Below are positions 9,834 to 18,633 of a stretch of DNA of 51,781 nucleotides, piece by piece; position 1 is the first letter of the stretch, and the number at the start of each line of letters is the position of its first letter. The notes under the pieces were generated by a model, which was not told where the DNA came from, did not search any database, and saw only the letters and a list, made by a program, of their open reading frames with translations. This DNA is from Armatimonadota bacterium (lineage in GTDB: Bacteria; Armatimonadota; UBA10988). The position numbers and the translations under genes were made by a program. The DNA is taken from contig JACRKZ010000140.1 in the NCBI GenBank assembly GCA_016235455.1, positions 1-51,781 on the forward strand. The letters are read 5' to 3'.

Positions 9834-11113
9834 AGTCGGGTCAATGCCAGTTGCGCCAGGTGCGCGTCGTCGTCGATGCCATAGGAATGCACGCCGGCAG
9901 CCAACAGGCGGCCGCGTTGACGAAGCAGGCTGGCCTCGTTGCCAAACACGAAGACATGAACGACGAAGCCCGAGCGGCGCATGGCCGAACAGGCCTCCAC
10001 CAGGCTCTGCTCCACTCGCGGGGTGAGCACCAGCACGCTCACATCGCGGGGCAGGCGCGGGTACTCGCGCAGCAGCATGGCACCCACCGGCTGAAAGTCG
10101 CTCAGCTCCACGCGTGCGGTGGCGTCGAGGATGTGGTTCAGCGTGGTCGGCCCGCGGCCGACCGGCACCTCGAACGGGCGTAACCGGTGAGACTGCTCGG
10201 CCATGCGAGCCAGCCGTAGCGCCTGGCTGCGCGAGCCGGCCTCGAAGTCGATGGGGTCGAACCGCGCGCGGTCGGCCGCGTCGCGGCCGTTGCTGGCAAA
10301 GCCCACGCGCTGGTTGGCCGAGCTGATGTAGCTGGCCAGGGAGGCGGCCGCGGTGACCGCCAACTCGCTCCGCTGGTCCACGCCACGGCCTTCAAAGGCC
10401 GGAATGAACATGTCCAGGCAGATCAACGCGCCGATCATCGTCGTCGGTTCGAAGACCTTGGTCTGCAGGGCAGCGGCGCGGGCGCTGGCGCGCCAGTGAA
10501 CATGGCTGAGCTTGTCGCCGGCCCGGTACTCGCGCACTCCGCGCAGCCGGCTGGGATCCTCGAAGATGCGGCGTTCGGCGCGCACTTCGCCGATCGGCCG
10601 GTTGGTGGCTACGCTGTAGCCGCCGATGGGCACGATGCGGGGATGGACCAGCAGGTAGTGCGCCTGGTCGCCGGCGCTGAACTTGCGCGCCAGGCCGAAC
10701 AAATCGCCCGTCTCCAGCAGCAGTGGGCCGATCTGATGGTAGCCGCGCCGCGTGGCTGTGAGCTGGTAGCGCAGCGTCACCGTCTGGCCCGGCCGCAGCG
10801 GCGTGATTCGGGTCGCCTCACCCGTCCGCGGCAGCGCGGCCGGCGTCAGGTCCTCGATCATCACCCAGGGCAGCGGCCACCGGCCCTCGTGCCGCAGTTC
10901 GATGCTGACGTCGACCAGTTCGCCGAGCTTGGCACGGCGCCGGTGGCAGAGGCGGCGATGGTGTAGCGAACGCAGACCGCGGCCGACGGTCAAGCGCGAG
11001 GCCAGCAGCAACCACAGCACCACGTACAGCGCGAACGTGGCGAACCCGGCGCGCAGCACGTAGCTGAGCGCAAGCACGCCCACCACCAGAGCCAGCCAAC
11101 GGCCGCGCGACAC
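9830..11113 (-). CDS. DUF58 domain protein (MoxR-associated family)
   Basis: RRGYHQIGPLLLETGDLFG, GVREYRAGDKLSHVHWRASAR, ELAVTAAASLA. Start placed at GTG 11113 (VSRGRWL) to avoid overlapping the divergent gene. Confidence 0.85.
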   Translation of the reverse strand: MSRGRWLALVVGVLALSYVLRAGFATFALYVVLWLLLASRLTVGRGLRSLHHRRLCHRRRAKLGELVDVSIELRHEGRWPLPWVMIEDLTPAALPRTGEATRITPLRPGQTVTLRYQLTATRRGYHQIGPLLLETGDLFGLARKFSAGDQAHYLLVHPRIVPIGGYSVATNRPIGEVRAERRIFEDPSRLRGVREYRAGDKLSHVHWRASARAAALQTKVFEPTTMIGALICLDMFIPAFEGRGVDQRSELAVTAAASLASYISSANQRVGFASNGRDAADRARFDPIDFEAGSRSQALRLARMAEQSHRLRPFEVPVGRGPTTLNHILDATARVELSDFQPVGAMLLREYPRLPRDVSVLVLTPRVEQSLVEACSAMRRSGFVVHVFVFGNEASLLRQRGRLLAAGVHSYGIDDDAHLAQLALTRL

Positions 11114-11258
11114 GGAGTCTCTCCGAGCGACCACTTGCCCGCGGCGGCCGCGAATCCTCTCAGGCACACGGAGCCCGACCAACGCCCGGCCGACGGCGGC
11201 TGGGCTCTGTGGCGATTGCGGGAGGGAACAGGCCGCGGGCGGTGAACGTCGCTTTCGG

Positions 11259-12767
11259 ATGACGAGGAGTTGCCTGGTGACGTGCCGATGGGCGCTGGCG
11301 GCGCTGGTGTGTGGTGTGTGGCTGAACGCGGCTGCGGCGGTAGACGTGACGGGCAAGGTCACCGTGGCCGCCAAAGGCGATCCGACGGCCTGGCGCATGG
11401 CCGCCATGGCCGAGCCCGCGGCCGAACTGCCGGCCGACCTGGCCACCGTACCCGTGGCGGCGGACGGCAGCTTCACGCTGCCCAACGTCACCCTCGGCAC
11501 GGTGTGGGCCGTACCTTACCTGGGCCGCTTCATGGACCAGCGCGCCATGCCAGCCGCGCGCATCGCTTCCGCCGAGCCGCTGGCCATCGAGGTCACCGGC
11601 CTGCGTAAGCAGCTTGTGCTGACGGTGCTGGGCCCTAACCGGGCGCCGCTTGGCCGATCGCTCACCGCGCACCTGTTTGGCCCCTGGGGTGCCTACGATG
11701 CCAGTACCGGCGGCACCAAGGTGGGCGCGGACGGCACCGCCACGTATGAAAACCTGCCCGCCGGCGCCTACGACCTGTGGGTCGACACCGTCCAGGGCGC
11801 GCCGTCACCCACCGAAGCTGCCGCGGTGTTGACGCGGCACATCGAGGTGACCGCCAGCGCCCAGCCGCAGCGGGTGACCGTCAATCTGCCCGCCGCCGGC
11901 GCGCTGCGCGGCACGCTGCGGCTGGGTGCGGGCCAGGCGCGCGGCTGGGTGGTCTCCACCGGTACCGGCGGCGAGCCACAACCCGGCGAGAAGTCGCCCG
12001 AGGCCGCCTACGCGGCCGGCGCGGCCAATGGCTACGCCTGGGCCGAAGTGGCCGAAGACGGCTCGTTCACGCTGCCCCAGTTGCCCGAGGGCCCGGTGCA
12101 ACTCGACGTGCGCCGGCCGGGCGAGGCGCGCGCCTGGTGGAGCTTCGAGGCCGACATCAAGCCCGGCGCCGTGACCGACGCGGGCGAGCTCCGAGTACCG
12201 GCCGAGAGCTGGAAGCACTTGTTCGGTGGCCGTGACATGAGTGGCTGGGCTGATGCCGCGCTGACCGGGCACAAGCCCGCTTGGGTTGGCAGCCGGCGCC
12301 TGTTTGTGCCGCTCGGCGAAGACCTGAGCGGCGTGGTCTACAAGGGCGGCGAGATCCCCAAGTGGAACTACGAAGTGACCTTGCAGGGCATGCGAACCGA
12401 GGGCCATGACTTCTGGTGCGGGCTCACCTTCCGCGTGGGCGACGACCCCTGCACGCTGGTCATGGGCGGCTGGGGCGGCTCGGTGACGGGCCTGTCCAGC
12501 ATCGACGGTGAGGACGCCTCGGCCAACTCGACCAGCACGTTCGTCGAGTACGAGGACTGGCGCTGGTACCGCGCCCGGGTGCGGGTCACGCCCAAGCGCA
12601 TCCAGTGCTGGCTGGACGACAAGCGCATCATCGATCAGGCCGTGCCGAACCACAAGATATCGGTGCGCTGGGAAGTGGAGCCGACCATTCCGTTCGGCAT
12701 CGCTACCTGGCGTACCACGGGCGCGCTGCGCGACATCCGGGTGCGTGAACTGCCCACGGAAGGCTAG
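11259..12767 (+). CDS. Secreted protein: carboxypeptidase-regulatory-like beta repeats plus C-terminal DUF1080 (3-keto-disaccharide hydrolase-like) domain
   Basis: Signal peptide; ADGSFTLPNV / EDGSFTLPQL repeats; C-terminal WKHLFGG...DFWCGLTF...GGWGGSVTGLSSIDG...RDIRVREL. Confidence 0.7.
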   Translation: MTRSCLVTCRWALAALVCGVWLNAAAAVDVTGKVTVAAKGDPTAWRMAAMAEPAAELPADLATVPVAADGSFTLPNVTLGTVWAVPYLGRFMDQRAMPAARIASAEPLAIEVTGLRKQLVLTVLGPNRAPLGRSLTAHLFGPWGAYDASTGGTKVGADGTATYENLPAGAYDLWVDTVQGAPSPTEAAAVLTRHIEVTASAQPQRVTVNLPAAGALRGTLRLGAGQARGWVVSTGTGGEPQPGEKSPEAAYAAGAANGYAWAEVAEDGSFTLPQLPEGPVQLDVRRPGEARAWWSFEADIKPGAVTDAGELRVPAESWKHLFGGRDMSGWADAALTGHKPAWVGSRRLFVPLGEDLSGVVYKGGEIPKWNYEVTLQGMRTEGHDFWCGLTFRVGDDPCTLVMGGWGGSVTGLSSIDGEDASANSTSTFVEYEDWRWYRARVRVTPKRIQCWLDDKRIIDQAVPNHKISVRWEVEPTIPFGIATWRTTGALRDIRVRELPTEG

Positions 12768-12776
12768 GGAAACGTG

Positions 12777-13859
12777 ATGACGAAGCTGTTGTGTGTGTGT
12801 GCGGCATTGCTGGCCGCGGTAGGCGGCGCGTGGGCGCAGGCCGAGGCGACGCCGTATGTGTCGCAGTGGATGGTGGTCGGCCCGTTCGCCAACGAGGCGG
12901 CGGCCGGCTTCGATGCGGTCTATGGGCCGGAGCAGGACAAGGATTTCCGCGCCGGCACCTTCTACGACGGGCTCGGCGGCAAGGTCGGCTGGACCATGGC
13001 CGAGGCGGCCGATGGCGTGCTCAACTTCGTGCCGCTATACCCCGAGCACCACGAGAACGTGGCGGCCTATGCGTACGTCCGCATCGTGGCGCCCAAGGCG
13101 CTCGAGTGCGACCTGAGCCTGGGCAGCGACGACGGCTGCAAGGCCTTCCTCAACGGCGAGTTGGTGCACTCCAACCCCGCCGACCGCGCCTGCGCCAAGG
13201 ACTCGGACAAGGCCAAGCTCGCGCTGCGCGAGGGCGACAACGATCTGCTCATCAAGGTCGTGCAGGGCGGCGCCGATTGGGCGCTAGCGGCGCGGCTGAC
13301 CAAGCGCGAAGCCGCCCTGGACGGCGTGCGCTTCACGCTCGGCCGGCTCGGCGGCCAGACCACGCCGATGGTCACCAAGTACATGGTCATCGGCCCGTTC
13401 GATAACGATGGCGGCGTTGGCTTCGATGCGGAGTATGCGCCCGAACGGCGCGTCGACCTCAAGCGCGCGGCCGACGGCCTCGGCGGCAAGGTCAAGTGGC
13501 AGCCATTGACCACCGGCGACAACGGCATGGTCAACTTCAAGGCGGCCTTCCCGGACCGCCAAGAGAACGCCGTGGCCTACCTGTACCTGACGCTGAACGC
13601 ACCCCGCGAGGTGCCCTGCCGGATGCTGCTCGGCAGCGACGATGGCGTCAAGGTATGGCTGAACGACACGCTGGTCCATGCCAACAACGCCTCACGTCCG
13701 TGCCAGGCCGACGAGGACAAGGTGCCCGTCACGCTGCAGGCCGGTGAGAACAAGCTGCTGGTCAAGGTCACCCAGAGCGCTGGCGGCTGGGAATTCTGCC
13801 TGCGCTTTGCCCAGACCGGCGAGAGCCTCGACGGCGTCACCTTCGGCCTGCCCGAGTAG
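12777..13859 (+). CDS. Secreted protein with two tandem galactose-binding/PA14-like beta-sandwich repeats
   Basis: Signal peptide ending AWA-Q; duplicated unit (W/Y)MV.GPF...LGSDDG.K..LN..LVH.N...R.C..D.DK..L..G.N.LL.KV.Q..G.W. Confidence 0.7.
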   Translation: MTKLLCVCAALLAAVGGAWAQAEATPYVSQWMVVGPFANEAAAGFDAVYGPEQDKDFRAGTFYDGLGGKVGWTMAEAADGVLNFVPLYPEHHENVAAYAYVRIVAPKALECDLSLGSDDGCKAFLNGELVHSNPADRACAKDSDKAKLALREGDNDLLIKVVQGGADWALAARLTKREAALDGVRFTLGRLGGQTTPMVTKYMVIGPFDNDGGVGFDAEYAPERRVDLKRAADGLGGKVKWQPLTTGDNGMVNFKAAFPDRQENAVAYLYLTLNAPREVPCRMLLGSDDGVKVWLNDTLVHANNASRPCQADEDKVPVTLQAGENKLLVKVTQSAGGWEFCLRFAQTGESLDGVTFGLPE

Positions 13860-13945
13860 GCGAGCGGCGCCTGGGCGTGAGGCGCTACCGGCTCGCAGAG
13901 CCTGCGTCCCCACGCCCAGCGCGCCCAGCGCGCCACGCCTCACCC
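13860..13945. repeat. Hairpin plus 9-bp tandem repeat downstream of the CDS
   Basis: GCGAGC..CGCCT-loop-AGGCG..GCTCGC hairpin (13860-13896); CGCCCAGCG x2 at 13913-13930; CTGGGCGTG (13871-13879) is complementary to CACGCCCAG (13911-13919). Confidence 0.45.
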
Positions 13946-13994
13946 CTACGCCGCGCGCCACGCCAGTGACGCCTTGCCGGGAGTCGGCGCGCGC

Positions 13995-14023
13995 TTGCGG
14001 CACGTCTCGCCAGTCGCTATACT
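13995..14023 (+). promoter_or_regulatory. Putative sigma70-type promoter of yggS-sepF-proC
   Basis: TTGCGG-N17-TATACT. Confidence 0.55.
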
Positions 14024-14058
14024 CGGTTCGGCTAACGGCCTTTAGGTGCCAACTGGGT

Positions 14059-14754
14059 ATGGTGGATCTAGCAGACAGGGTGAAGGCGTTACGACAGCGC
14101 ATGGCGGCGGCCGCCGCGTCCAGCGGGCGCCCGCCCGAGGCGGTCACGTTGGTCGCCGCGAGCAAGACACGCAGCGCGGCTGAAGTGGCCGCGGCGCTGG
14201 CTGCCGGCGTCGACCAGATCGGCGAGAACTATGTGCAGGAGGCGCTGGCCAAGCGGCCCCAAGTGCCCACGCCCGCGGTCTGGCGACTGATCGGTCCGCT
14301 CCAACGCAACAAGGCCGGCCACGCGCTGCGTGGGTTCAATGCGGTCGACACCCTTGACAACCTGGAGTTGGCGCAGACGCTGTCGCGCCGTTGGGAGTCG
14401 GCGGATCCGCCCGGCGAGCCGCTGGAGGTGCTGATCGAGGTGCATCTGGGCGGTGAGGCCACCAAGTCGGGCATCGAGCCCGCGCAGGTCGGCGAACTGC
14501 TCGACAGGCTGCAACTTCTGCCTGGTTTGCAGTGTCTCGGATTGATGACCATGCCGCCTCCGCTGCCTGCCGAGCAGGTGCGCGGCTACTTCGCCCAGCT
14601 GCGTGAGCTGGCGGGCGACTTGCGGGCCAGGTCGGGTTTGGCATTGCCGGTGTTGTCCATGGGCATGAGCGCCGACTTCGAGGTGGCCATTGCCGAAGGG
14701 GCGACGCAGGTGCGGCTGGGTACGGTGCTGTTCGGGCCGCGCGGGCCTCGTTAG
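14059..14754 (+). CDS. yggS: PLP homeostasis protein, YggS family
   Basis: LVAASKT, GENYVQE, IGPLQRNK, GLMTM, LSMGMSADFEVAIAEGATQVRLG. Confidence 0.95.
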   Translation: MVDLADRVKALRQRMAAAAASSGRPPEAVTLVAASKTRSAAEVAAALAAGVDQIGENYVQEALAKRPQVPTPAVWRLIGPLQRNKAGHALRGFNAVDTLDNLELAQTLSRRWESADPPGEPLEVLIEVHLGGEATKSGIEPAQVGELLDRLQLLPGLQCLGLMTMPPPLPAEQVRGYFAQLRELAGDLRARSGLALPVLSMGMSADFEVAIAEGATQVRLGTVLFGPRGPR

Positions 14755-14806
14755 TGTGGGCGCGCGCGAAGGTTATAGCAGTCTAGTTCGAGAAGGAGAC
14801 AGGCCG

Positions 14807-15349
14807 ATGGCGCGGTCTTTTGGCAAGTTCTTCGAGTGGTTCCTGGGCGACAAGCCCGAGGACGACTACGCCGAGGAGGAGGTCCGCTATGAGCAGCGGC
14901 CCTACAGCTCCCAGGCCAGCAGCGCGCCGCCGCCGGTCGACCACGACCCCGTCGACGATGAGCAACAGACCTCGCGTGGCGGTTTCTGGAGGTCTCGTAT
15001 GAGTAGAGAGGCGGATGTCGTGGAGATGCGTCCCAGCCAACCCACGACCAGCGTGTTGTACCCACGTTCGTTCGACGACGCCCAAGGCCTGGCCGACCAG
15101 TTCAAGCGCGGCACATTCCTCATCCTCGACCTGGAGAAGGTCGAAGAGAAGGACCGCGCCCGGCTGGTGCACTTCCTCTGCGGCGTGGCCTATGGCTGCG
15201 ACGGCAAGTCGCACCGCATCAACGAGTTGACCTTCGCCTTCGCGCCGCGCAGCCATGCGCTGGACACCGAAGCCAGCACTGCCGACGCCCGACACGCCCC
15301 CGAGCCGCGTGGGCAGTTCGAGTTGCCGCGTTTCAGCCTGCCCGGTTAG
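14807..15349 (+). CDS. sepF: Cell division protein SepF
   Basis: PRSFDDAQGLADQFK...ILDLE...RLVHFLCGVAYGCDG...FAFAP; AAGGAG RBS; yggS-sepF-proC synteny. Confidence 0.85.
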   Translation: MARSFGKFFEWFLGDKPEDDYAEEEVRYEQRPYSSQASSAPPPVDHDPVDDEQQTSRGGFWRSRMSREADVVEMRPSQPTTSVLYPRSFDDAQGLADQFKRGTFLILDLEKVEEKDRARLVHFLCGVAYGCDGKSHRINELTFAFAPRSHALDTEASTADARHAPEPRGQFELPRFSLPG

Positions 15350-15359
15350 GCGGCCGATC

Positions 15360-16160
15360 ATGTCCAATCTGGGTTCAGTCGCCGTCCTGGGTGGCGGCGC
15401 CATGGGTTCGGCGCTCATTCGCGGCTGGCTGCGGGCCGGTCTGCTCGAGCCGAGTGCCATCACGGTCTACGACATCATGCCCGGCCGCGCGGCCGGGCTG
15501 GCCACCGCGCTTGGCATCCGTGGCGCCGAGACGCCGGCCGAGGCCATCGCCGGCGCTGATGTGCTGCTGGTAGCCGTCAAGCCGGCCGACGTGGCCAAGG
15601 CGCTGGCCAGCGCCCAGTTGGCCGACGGTGCGCTGATCGTCTCCATCGCCGCTGGCGTGACCATCGCCAAGCTGGAGAGCGTGGCGCCCGGCAAGGCCGT
15701 GGTGCGCGTCATGCCCAACACGCCGGCCCTGGTGGGTCAGGGCGCCAGCGCCTTCGCGCGCGGTACCCACGCGAGCGATGAGCACGCCGCTAAGGTGCAG
15801 GCCCTGCTGGACGCCGTGGGCCTGGCCTTCGAGGTCAAGGAGAGCCTGCTCAACGCCGTCACCGGCCTGAGCGGCAGCGGCCCGGCATACGTCTACATCA
15901 TGATCGAGGCGCTGGCCGACGGCGGCGTGCGCGCGGGCCTGCCGCGCGATATCGCCCTCAAACTGGCGGCGCAGACGGTGGTGGGCTCGGGCCAGATGGT
16001 GGTCAGCACGGGCGAGCACCCCGGTGTGCTCAAGGACCGCGTCTGCTCGCCGGCCGGCACGACCATCGCCGGTGTGGCCGAACTGGAGGCCAACGGCTTC
16101 CGCTCGGCGCTGATCGAGGCTGTCACGGCGGCGACCGCTCGCGCGGCGGAGCTGGGGTAG
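15360..16160 (+). CDS. proC: Pyrroline-5-carboxylate reductase
   Basis: GGGAMG, AVKP, SIAAG, RVMPNTP, TGLSGSGPAY, VCSPAGTTI. Confidence 0.97.
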   Translation: MSNLGSVAVLGGGAMGSALIRGWLRAGLLEPSAITVYDIMPGRAAGLATALGIRGAETPAEAIAGADVLLVAVKPADVAKALASAQLADGALIVSIAAGVTIAKLESVAPGKAVVRVMPNTPALVGQGASAFARGTHASDEHAAKVQALLDAVGLAFEVKESLLNAVTGLSGSGPAYVYIMIEALADGGVRAGLPRDIALKLAAQTVVGSGQMVVSTGEHPGVLKDRVCSPAGTTIAGVAELEANGFRSALIEAVTAATARAAELG

Positions 16161-16170
16161 TCCGGTTCAT

Positions 16171-16250
16171 CCCCCCTTTAGTGCCCCCGCGAGCGGGGGG
16201 ACGGGCATGCGACTCCCTCCCCGCTCGCGGGGAGGGCTGGGGTGGGGGGC
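16171..16250. repeat. Inverted pair of REP-like GC hairpins between convergent proC and marC
   Basis: CCCCCGC-GA-GCGGGGG and CCCTCCCCGC-TC-GCGGGGAGGG; the cores CCCGCGAGCGGG and CCCGCTCGCGGG are reverse complements. Confidence 0.65.
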
Positions 16251-16257
16251 GCTGTGC

Positions 16258-16896
16258 CTAGGATCGCCCCATCAACCCCGGCATCAGCACGGTCAGCCCG
16301 TCGATGATGAAGCGCACCGCCAGGGCCGCCAGCAACAGCCCTTCGAGGCGGGTGGCGATGTTGATGCCGGTGCGCCCGAGCACGCGACGAATGCCGTCGG
16401 CGCCGCGTAGCGATACCCAGGTAGCCAGCGCCACCAGCAAGGCCACGAACACCAGCCAGAGCCGCCCTTGCGGCGTGCTCAGCGTGTCGGCCTGGATGAT
16501 GGCGGTGGAGATGGAGCCCGGCCCGGCCAGCAGCGGGGTGCCCAGCGGCACCGCACCCACCTGCTCGCGCTCACTGGCCTCGCCCATCTCCTCCGGCGTC
16601 TCTCGTGAACGGCTGGGCTGAGCGTTGAGCATGGTGGTGGCCACCAGCAACAGCATGATCCCGCCGCCCACCTTGAAGTGCTGCACGTCGATGCCGACGA
16701 ACATCAGAATGGCCTTGCCGGCGAAGATGGAGGTGATCAGCAGCACCGCCACCGACACGGCCGCGACGCGGGCGGTGACGGCGCGTTCGCGCGGACCCTC
16801 GTCGCCGGTCAGCGCCAGAAAGGCCGGTACGGCGCCGAGCGGATTGACCACCACGAACAGCGCCACCAAGGCGCGCAAGTACTCACTGGACGGCAC
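16258..16896 (-). CDS. MarC family (NAAT) membrane protein
   Basis: LFVVVNPLG, GGIMLL, VPLGTPLLAGPGSI, LGRTGINIATRLEGLLLAALAV. Confidence 0.92.
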   Translation of the reverse strand: MPSSEYLRALVALFVVVNPLGAVPAFLALTGDEGPRERAVTARVAAVSVAVLLITSIFAGKAILMFVGIDVQHFKVGGGIMLLLVATTMLNAQPSRSRETPEEMGEASEREQVGAVPLGTPLLAGPGSISTAIIQADTLSTPQGRLWLVFVALLVALATWVSLRGADGIRRVLGRTGINIATRLEGLLLAALAVRFIIDGLTVLMPGLMGRS

Positions 16897-17619
16897 TCAA
16901 CGCCTACCTTTCGGCCCCCGGTAGATGATACCACCATCGGTTGTATCGCCTGAACCGTCGGTCGGGCCGGTGTCCGTGCCGCCCGTGTCTCCGCTGGTTC
17001 CACCGGTGTCGGTACCTGTGTCGGTGCCGCCCGTGTCGCCGCCACTCGTGTCCGTGCCGGTCCCGCCGGTGCTGCCGCCGCCGCTCGTGGTGTCCCACGA
17101 GTCGTGCGTCCAGTCGTCGTACCAGTGCGGGCTGTCGTAGTCGTTGTGCAGCGCGGGCGGCCAGGCCTCGTGGTAGGCGACCGCGGCGCCGGTGTGGGCG
17201 CTGGCGTTGCTGGGGCGGGTCCATGTGGCGCCGAACTCGACGCCGCGCCACTCGTAGTAGCTGGAGTCCTGCGGATGGTATGCGCCGCGGAAGTCGCCCT
17301 CGATGACCAGGTCGCCGCCCTCCAGGCGCAGGTGGTTGGCCTGTGTCACCGGGCCGTTCAGGTCCAGAGGCACACCGGCGATGGTGGCCACGCCTTGGGC
17401 TTCGGTGGCCGAGACCAGGCGGAACCAGTAGGTTGCGGTACTGCCGTAGCCGCGCAACTGGCCGGCATAGCGGCCGGAGAGCGGCGCCGCCTGGTGGTTG
17501 ACGGTGCTGCCGCCCTGGTCGTAGTCAGACCAGTTGAAGCCGCTGCTGCAGCCATGCAGAAGCAGAGCGGACGCGAGCGCCAGCCCGAAGATGATGGCCG
17601 ACCGTCGTTGTCGTCTCAT
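16897..17619 (-). CDS. Putative lipoprotein with Thr/Gly/Asp-rich repetitive C-terminal tail
   Basis: Basic N-terminus, hydrophobic core and LLHG-C lipobox; tail with GGDTGGTDTG-like repeats. Confidence 0.65.
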   Translation of the reverse strand: MRRQRRSAIIFGLALASALLLHGCSSGFNWSDYDQGGSTVNHQAAPLSGRYAGQLRGYGSTATYWFRLVSATEAQGVATIAGVPLDLNGPVTQANHLRLEGGDLVIEGDFRGAYHPQDSSYYEWRGVEFGATWTRPSNASAHTGAAVAYHEAWPPALHNDYDSPHWYDDWTHDSWDTTSGGGSTGGTGTDTSGGDTGGTDTGTDTGGTSGDTGGTDTGPTDGSGDTTDGGIIYRGPKGRR

Positions 17620-17697
17620 GGCAGTGTCTCAGCCCATCGCAACTAGGGACGCGGCCTGGCCGGGCCGTGTCAACCTGCCATCGTGGTACGCGGGAGC

Positions 17698-18612
17698 CTA
17701 CTCCGGTCGCACCCCCGCCAGTCCGGTCACCAGGTCGCGCTCCAGCGCCGCGGCCTGGGTCAGGATGGCGATCTTGTCGTCCGCGGGCAGTGCTTTGTCC
17801 GCCGCGCGCTTGAGCCATTCCGACACCCGGGCGTAGCCTTCGGCCAGTTCGTTGGCGACGGCCGCCGCGTGGGGATAGAGGTTGCCGACCTCGCGCAGGT
17901 AGCCGGCGGCCTGGTCGCGGCACTCGGCATAGACCGTGCCGTTCCACCAGTTGCCGTGGCTGTCGCCGTGGCCGTCGCGCACGGCCTGGATCCAGTAGTC
18001 GTAGCCCCGCGGCCCCAAGCCGTAGTCGCTGGCGGCAGTGGTGCCGTCGGCCGCCTCGGACCACATGCCGCGCGCCTGGTCGAAGCTCTCGGCGATGGCG
18101 GCGCCGAGCTCCTTGGCCGGCGTGGGCCGGGTGATGTAGAAGTCGATGTGGATCTCGCTGCCCAGTTCGGACCAGGTCTCGAAGGTCAGGTGCTTGGGCG
18201 GGAAGTCAACATGCGGTGCCCAGGGCTGCGCGGTGACGAAGCCGGTCTCGTCGTAGCCCAGGATGAGTTGGTACTCCATGTTGACCAGGTAGCAGGCCAG
18301 GCCCTCGTCCACCGCGCCGCGCAGGCGCTGCTCCAACTCGGCGCGCGGCATGGCACCGCCTTCGGTCCAGAAGAAGCCCAGGGGCTCGGTGGCCAGGCCG
18401 GCGTTGGCCAACAGCTTGAAGAACGGCGCGCGATCCCAGCAGTACGGGCCGCTGGGGCAGAGCTGGCGGTGGATGTTGATCAGCCAGGCATGGCCGCTGA
18501 GGCCACAGAGCATGGCCGGGCTTACCGGCAGGCCGTAGTGTTTGGCCGCGCCGCTGACGCAACCGAGCAGTGTCGAGTTGTTGCAGGGCTGGCTGAGCGT
18601 CTGTAGTAGCAT
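17698..18612 (-). CDS. Hypothetical protein (Cys-containing; possible BtrH/papain-like fold)
   Basis: Strong GC3 codon pattern and AGGGGAG RBS; STLLGC...GLSGHAW...LCPSGP...LILGYDE motifs. The fold is a guess. Confidence 0.6.
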   Translation of the reverse strand: MLLQTLSQPCNNSTLLGCVSGAAKHYGLPVSPAMLCGLSGHAWLINIHRQLCPSGPYCWDRAPFFKLLANAGLATEPLGFFWTEGGAMPRAELEQRLRGAVDEGLACYLVNMEYQLILGYDETGFVTAQPWAPHVDFPPKHLTFETWSELGSEIHIDFYITRPTPAKELGAAIAESFDQARGMWSEAADGTTAASDYGLGPRGYDYWIQAVRDGHGDSHGNWWNGTVYAECRDQAAGYLREVGNLYPHAAAVANELAEGYARVSEWLKRAADKALPADDKIAILTQAAALERDLVTGLAGVRPE

Positions 18613-18633
18613 GGTCTTCTCCCCTGAGGTGTG

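Noticed and set aside
11114-11500. N-terminal extension of the DUF58 ORF
   Set aside because: Overlaps the divergent secreted gene at 11259; family-like sequence begins near 11113.
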